From an uncultured Candidatus Saccharibacteria bacterium (lineage in GTDB: Bacteria > Patescibacteriota > Minisyncoccia > SW-4-49-11), in assembly GCA_964585065.1 (NCBI GenBank), contig CAZPCB010000001.1, positions 226,866 to 290,865 of the forward strand: a stretch of DNA of 64,000 nt, written 5' to 3'. A program made the position numbers and the translations under genes. Position 1 is the stretch's first letter. Every line of letters begins with the position of its first letter. The notes under the pieces were generated by a model that worked only from the letters and a program-made list of their open reading frames with translations, was not told the origin of the DNA and ran no database searches. Below are positions 59,722 to 64,000 of the stretch, in pieces.

Positions 59722-60690
59722 ATGAAATCCCCTCGATTTATTCTCCTTATTATTCTGCTATTATTGGGAGCAATAGCAGTATTAGCACTCAATAGACCCC
59801 AAAATACATCTCCAAATACTGTACAAATGCAAAGCCAAACTCCAAAACCTGTTATTGTCACTACGCTATTCCCCTTCTATGATATTACGAGAATATTAGC
59901 AGGAGATAAAGCTGAAGTCTCTCTTTTATTACCACCCGGTATAGAGCCACATGCCTTTGAGCCAACTCCACAAGATATTGTACGCATTCAGGAAGCAGAT
60001 ATCTTTATATATACTGGGGATGCTATGGAACCTTGGGTAAAAGATATTATGAATAATTTACCTAATACTGTTACTGTAATTGATGCAAGTAAAGGAATTA
60101 CTTTAATAGAAAGTGTAGATGATCATGGCCATGAGAATGAGAAAAATACAGAAAAACTTGCCCTTGATCCTCATTTTTGGCTAGACTTTAATAATACTAT
60201 TATCGCAACAAAGACAATTTCTGATACTGTATCCTCAAAAAATATCATAGATAATAGTCTATTAAGTCAAAATACAGAGAAATTAATACAAAATTTAACT
60301 CAACTTGATACAGATTATACTAATACTCTCTCAACTTGTACAAATAAAACTATTATTCAAGCTGGACATAGGACATTCGAATATTTAGCTCGTAAATATA
60401 ATCTTGAATATATTACCACGGAAGAATTAAGCCCTAATAGTGATACTTCAGCTAAAGATATTGCAATGCTAATTGATGAAGTTAAGGAAGAAAAAGCCAA
60501 GACCGTATTTAGTGAAGAATTAATTGAACCTCGTATCGCAAAGACTATATCAGATGAAACGGGAGTCCCAATATTATTACTCAATGGTGCACATAATATC
60601 ACATCTGATCAATTCAAATCTGGAATATCTTTTATTGATATTATGCGAGAAAATCTAGAGAATTTACGTGCTGGGCTTGATTGTAAATAA
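59722..60690 (+). CDS. ABC metal (Zn/Mn) substrate-binding protein, ZnuA/TroA family
   Basis: Signal/TM N-terminus; ...PPGIEPHAFEPTPQD...DPHFWLD metal-ligand motifs; modest His/acidic loop DDHGHENE. Confidence 0.8.
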   Translation: MKSPRFILLIILLLLGAIAVLALNRPQNTSPNTVQMQSQTPKPVIVTTLFPFYDITRILAGDKAEVSLLLPPGIEPHAFEPTPQDIVRIQEADIFIYTGDAMEPWVKDIMNNLPNTVTVIDASKGITLIESVDDHGHENEKNTEKLALDPHFWLDFNNTIIATKTISDTVSSKNIIDNSLLSQNTEKLIQNLTQLDTDYTNTLSTCTNKTIIQAGHRTFEYLARKYNLEYITTEELSPNSDTSAKDIAMLIDEVKEEKAKTVFSEELIEPRIAKTISDETGVPILLLNGAHNITSDQFKSGISFIDIMRENLENLRAGLDCK

Positions 60691-60707
60691 ATGCTATACT
60701 TATCTCA

Positions 60708-61457
60708 ATGAAGAATAGTATTATATCCCTTGATAATGTCTCTGTATCATTTGGCATAAGTCAGATATTACAGAGTATTAGCCTTGATATTAAACAAGGT
60801 GATTTTATTGGTATTACCGGTCCAAATGGAGCAGGAAAATCTACTCTTATTCGTACCATATTAAATCTAAATCCCTATACGGGTTCTATTAAGCTTTGGG
60901 ATAAACCCCTTGCTAATTTTCATAATTGGAATTATATAGGGTATGTACCTCAATCTTTAAATCAATATTCTCATCAATTCCCTGCGACAGTAGAGGAAAT
61001 CGTGTCCCTAGGGCTGATTTCGACCCTTTCTTGGCCTCGTATACTTAGCAAAGATAATATACAAACTATTCATGAAACTCTCAAATCTCTTGATATACAG
61101 GATTTAGCAAAAACCTCTATTCATGATTTATCAGGAGGTCAAAGGCAAAGAGTATGGCTAGCAAAAGCTCTGGTATCAAAACCAAAGGTATTAATTCTCG
61201 ATGAGCCCACCAATGCTCTTGATCCTGAAATTAGAAATACCTTTTATGAGCAAATTAGTAAACTTCATAAACAAGGTTTAACTATTCTCCTTATCACGCA
61301 TGATACTAATGATATTGGAAATTATGCTGATAAAATTCTTCTCATTGATACTCATATTATCTTTTGGGGGGACTTTCATGAATTTTGCGAATCTGATTCC
61401 ATGAGTAATTATTTTGGAGAGGGGTCAAAACATCTTATTTGTCATCAACATGAATAA
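60708..61457 (+). CDS. ABC transporter ATP-binding protein (ZnuC-like)
   Basis: Walker A GPNGAGKST, signature LSGGQRQR, Walker B ILDEP. Confidence 0.8.
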   Translation: MKNSIISLDNVSVSFGISQILQSISLDIKQGDFIGITGPNGAGKSTLIRTILNLNPYTGSIKLWDKPLANFHNWNYIGYVPQSLNQYSHQFPATVEEIVSLGLISTLSWPRILSKDNIQTIHETLKSLDIQDLAKTSIHDLSGGQRQRVWLAKALVSKPKVLILDEPTNALDPEIRNTFYEQISKLHKQGLTILLITHDTNDIGNYADKILLIDTHIIFWGDFHEFCESDSMSNYFGEGSKHLICHQHE

Positions 61458-62268
61458 TCTTATTAACCTCTTACAATATCAATTCGTTGAGCAGGCTATT
61501 ATTGCCGGGTTTTTCCTTGGGCTTGTTTGTGCAGTTCTTGGGGTATTTCTGGTACTTCGTAAAATGTCTCTAATTGGAGATGGTCTTGCTCATATTAGTT
61601 TTGGAGCAATTGCTATTGGTATTGCTTTTGGCATATATCCCTTATTTGTTGCTATCCCCCTTGTGATTATTGCATCTCTTATTATTTATACTCTCACTCG
61701 GAATAATATTATTGAAGGAGATGCTATTATTGGAATACTCGCATCTCTTGGACTTGCTATTGGAGTTATTATATCAAGTATTACCACAGGATTTAATATT
61801 GATATTTTTAGCTATCTTTTTGGTAATATTTTAGCTATTAATCAGCAGGAATTGATATTTGCTATTATTGGATCAATTTCTATACTATCTATTATTATCC
61901 TTTTTTATCAAGAATTTGTAGCAATTTCATTTAATACCGAACAAGCTAAAATTAGTGGGCTTCCCGTATCTAGATTAGATATAGTATTCTCTATTATTAC
62001 TGCTCTTACCGTTATTATGAGTATCAAATTAGCTGGTGCATTATTAATTTCAGCTTTACTTATTCTTCCTGCAAGTTCTAGTTTACAAATTGCAAAAAGT
62101 TTTCAGCAAACTATTATTTTTGCTATTATTATTGCCCTTATTAGTATACTGATTGGAATTATTATTTCTTTTATTGGAAATATCCCAACGGGAGCTACTA
62201 TTGTAACTATCAATGCAATACTATTTTTTGGAATACTTTTGTATAAGTCTCTTATATCTAGTCGCTAA
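61414..62268 (+). CDS. ABC transporter permease (ZnuB/TroC-like)
   Basis: 8-9 TM helices; position in operon. Confidence 0.8.
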   Translation: MERGQNILFVINMNNLINLLQYQFVEQAIIAGFFLGLVCAVLGVFLVLRKMSLIGDGLAHISFGAIAIGIAFGIYPLFVAIPLVIIASLIIYTLTRNNIIEGDAIIGILASLGLAIGVIISSITTGFNIDIFSYLFGNILAINQQELIFAIIGSISILSIIILFYQEFVAISFNTEQAKISGLPVSRLDIVFSIITALTVIMSIKLAGALLISALLILPASSSLQIAKSFQQTIIFAIIIALISILIGIIISFIGNIPTGATIVTINAILFFGILLYKSLISSR

Positions 62269-62273
62269 TACTA

Positions 62274-63419
62274 TTAGCCAATTGGGATATGTAGAGTAAA
62301 TACTGTTCCCTTACCTTCCTCAGATTCAACTCGAATAGTTCCATTATGTAATTCTATAATTGCTTTGGTAAGGGTTAGCCCTAGTCCCCTACCTCCAGTA
62401 TGCCTGGATCTTGATGCATCTACTCGATAAAATTTATCAAAAATACGATGTATAACATTTTCTGGAATTCCAATACCCGTATCTTGAATACGCATAGTAA
62501 AGAATTTTTTATAAATTTGGGTATCAATAATAATTGTACCCCCTTTACTAGAATATTGAATAGCATTTTCTATAATATTCTCTACCGCTTGAGTAATCAA
62601 AATAGATACTAGAGGTAAAGTTGTATTAAGCTTTTTACCTGTAATAGTAATGGTAATATCTTTCAACTTAGCCTTTGCCTGGACATTATGAGTAACAGTA
62701 TCCAAAATTGATTGAATACTTATTAACTCAAATTGCAAATGTTCTTTTGATAAAGATAACAAAGATAAATCATTAATTAAATCATTGAGATAATCAATTT
62801 TAGTTTGTATTTCCTGTAATAATACCGTATTGTCTTTGCCTAATTTGGTATCTGCTAATACTAAATCAGTTTTTGCCATCATTACAGATAATGGGGTTTT
62901 GAGCTCATGAGAGGCAAATTCAATAAATTCCTTTTGTGAGCGAAAACTTTTCCCCAAACGCAAAAGCATCTCATTAATTGATGAGATGAGTTCTTGTAAT
63001 TCTTCGTCTAAATGAGGATATGTTATTTTTTCAATTGACTCAGCTTGAATTGCTTTAATTTGTTTATTAATATCTTTTATAGGGCTTAACACTTGGGCTG
63101 ATATAGCATTCCCCCCCGCTAAAGATAACCCTACAAGAATTGCAAATATAAAAAATGAACTGCGGCGAATCGTAGATAAATCTTGCTCACGAATTTCACG
63201 AATAACTTCAATAAATTTATCTTGAGGGAAACTTCCATCTTCAAATCCAGAAAAAACATTACTGTATTCAGATAATCCATCTAAACCTAATTCAGTTTGC
63301 TGATAATATCTTGCTGCCAATACATTCAATGTTATCAGTACAATAAGACTCAACAGAACAAAAAGTCCTGTATAATACATGGTGAGTCGAAATTGTAATG
63401 TGTGAATATATTGAGACAT
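62274..63419 (-). CDS. sensor histidine kinase (two TM, HAMP, HisKA, HATPase_c)
   Basis: H-box SHELKTPL; G-boxes DTGIGIP, GGRGLGL. Confidence 0.85.
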   Translation of the reverse strand: MSQYIHTLQFRLTMYYTGLFVLLSLIVLITLNVLAARYYQQTELGLDGLSEYSNVFSGFEDGSFPQDKFIEVIREIREQDLSTIRRSSFFIFAILVGLSLAGGNAISAQVLSPIKDINKQIKAIQAESIEKITYPHLDEELQELISSINEMLLRLGKSFRSQKEFIEFASHELKTPLSVMMAKTDLVLADTKLGKDNTVLLQEIQTKIDYLNDLINDLSLLSLSKEHLQFELISIQSILDTVTHNVQAKAKLKDITITITGKKLNTTLPLVSILITQAVENIIENAIQYSSKGGTIIIDTQIYKKFFTMRIQDTGIGIPENVIHRIFDKFYRVDASRSRHTGGRGLGLTLTKAIIELHNGTIRVESEEGKGTVFTLHIPIG

Positions 63420-63436
63420 ATTGTGAATTATAACAC

Positions 63437-63470
63437 AGAAAAGAGAGAAGGTTTAAACTTCTCTTTTTCT
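63437..63470. terminator. palindromic hairpin with A-run and T-run flanks immediately 5' of the histidine kinase start
   Basis: aaaag-agagaag-gtttaaa-cttctct-ttttct; 7-bp stem centred on GTTTAAAC. Confidence 0.4.
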
Positions 63471-63871
63471 ATTTGCTAAACAGCTTTTCTCCACTTAGGA
63501 GTATATATATCTGATATCAGATAGTGATAATATGATTTAATTGTTATTGTGTGAATAAGGTGCAAAGTACTTTAATTGTATTAGATCAAGGTTGACCTCT
63601 AATACCTATGTTTGCCTTTGAATACTCTTTCGGTACCATCTTTTTTGATCATCGTATGTGAACCTATACTTGATCTATGATTAGTTAGCTTAAGATGTGA
63701 TGCCATCCCGAGTACCCTAACTTTTTGTTGAACAAATTGCTTCTGGTATCTCATATTAGTATCCTTAGTTATTATTGAATCATCTTGTGATTCTGTTTAT
63801 ATTATATACCTATATGAGTGAAGCTAATGTGAAGAAAAACACAAATATATCAATATGCTCAATAATGAATC

Positions 63872-64000
63872 CTAGATTATTCCATAGCCTTTTCCTTTTA
63901 CCGTTTTAATTAAGGTTTTATTAGGATCAATTTTACGCCTTAGAGTTTTGATATGAGTTTTTACCGTATCAGAAAACATATCTACTGAATCATCCCATAC
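63872..64000 (-). CDS. OmpR-family response regulator, C-terminal winged-helix fragment (continues past the window end)
   Basis: Minus-strand translation ...VWDDSVDMFSDTVKTHIKTLRRKIDPNKTLIKTVKGKGYGII* matches the OmpR/PhoB DNA-binding domain. Confidence 0.55.
   Translation of the reverse strand, partial: VWDDSVDMFSDTVKTHIKTLRRKIDPNKTLIKTVKGKGYGII

Noticed and set aside
1-64000. CRISPR arrays, integrase, transposase or prophage genes
   Set aside because: No regularly spaced direct repeats were seen, no recombinase or transposase motifs in any ORF, and neither tRNA is followed by an integrase.

Overview
This 64 kb window is a gene-dense, low-GC bacterial chromosome segment. Most genes lie on the minus strand, and A/T-rich intergenic spacers carry near-consensus extended -10 promoters (TTGACA, 17 nt, then TGnTAnnAT).

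Housekeeping genes recognised: NUDIX hydrolases, msrA, tsaD, mltG, a GDP-mannose pyrophosphorylase, uppS, murC, murG, ligA, trmD, a KH-domain protein, recG, rpmE, prfA, prmC, rplY, gltX, tgt, a recO-like gene, two tandem RNase J paralogs, rpsP, pyrG, rplI, acylphosphatase, an M50 protease, rpmB, and tRNA-Arg and tRNA-Gln.

Two loci stand out among known systems. The first is a complete secretin-less type IV pilus locus. It carries a PilX-like gene, three prepilin-type minor pilins, pilD, a major pilin, pilC, pilT, a stand-alone receiver, pilB and pilO/N/M, with comF-like divergently adjacent. The second is a cell-envelope polysaccharide cluster: DUF4012-like, several glycosyltransferases, an O-antigen-ligase-like protein and a Wzz/CpsC-like protein. 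There is also a ZnuABC/TroABC-type metal transporter preceded by a 31-nt perfect palindrome operator, and a histidine kinase with a partial OmpR-type regulator.

The gene content (two RNase J copies, DUF4012, Gram-positive-style type IV pilus, L25/Ctc) suggests a Gram-positive-like or CPR/Patescibacteria-type lineage. This is an inference.

The most unusual feature is a ~2.9 kb island at about 29.9-32.8 kb inside the envelope cluster. It holds three strongly GC-rich genes (GC3 far above the host) that all encode signal-peptide proteins, including a ~380 aa beta-barrel outer-membrane-protein-like product ending in Phe. Each island gene has its own host-style consensus promoter and rho-independent terminator.

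Other points of interest: nested GC-rich hairpin elements in A/T-rich spacers, a tRNA-like minihelix in the rpsP 3' region, an RNase J paralog with a degenerate metal-binding motif, and a ~450 nt non-coding gap splitting a two-component pair. No CRISPR array, integrase or transposase was seen.
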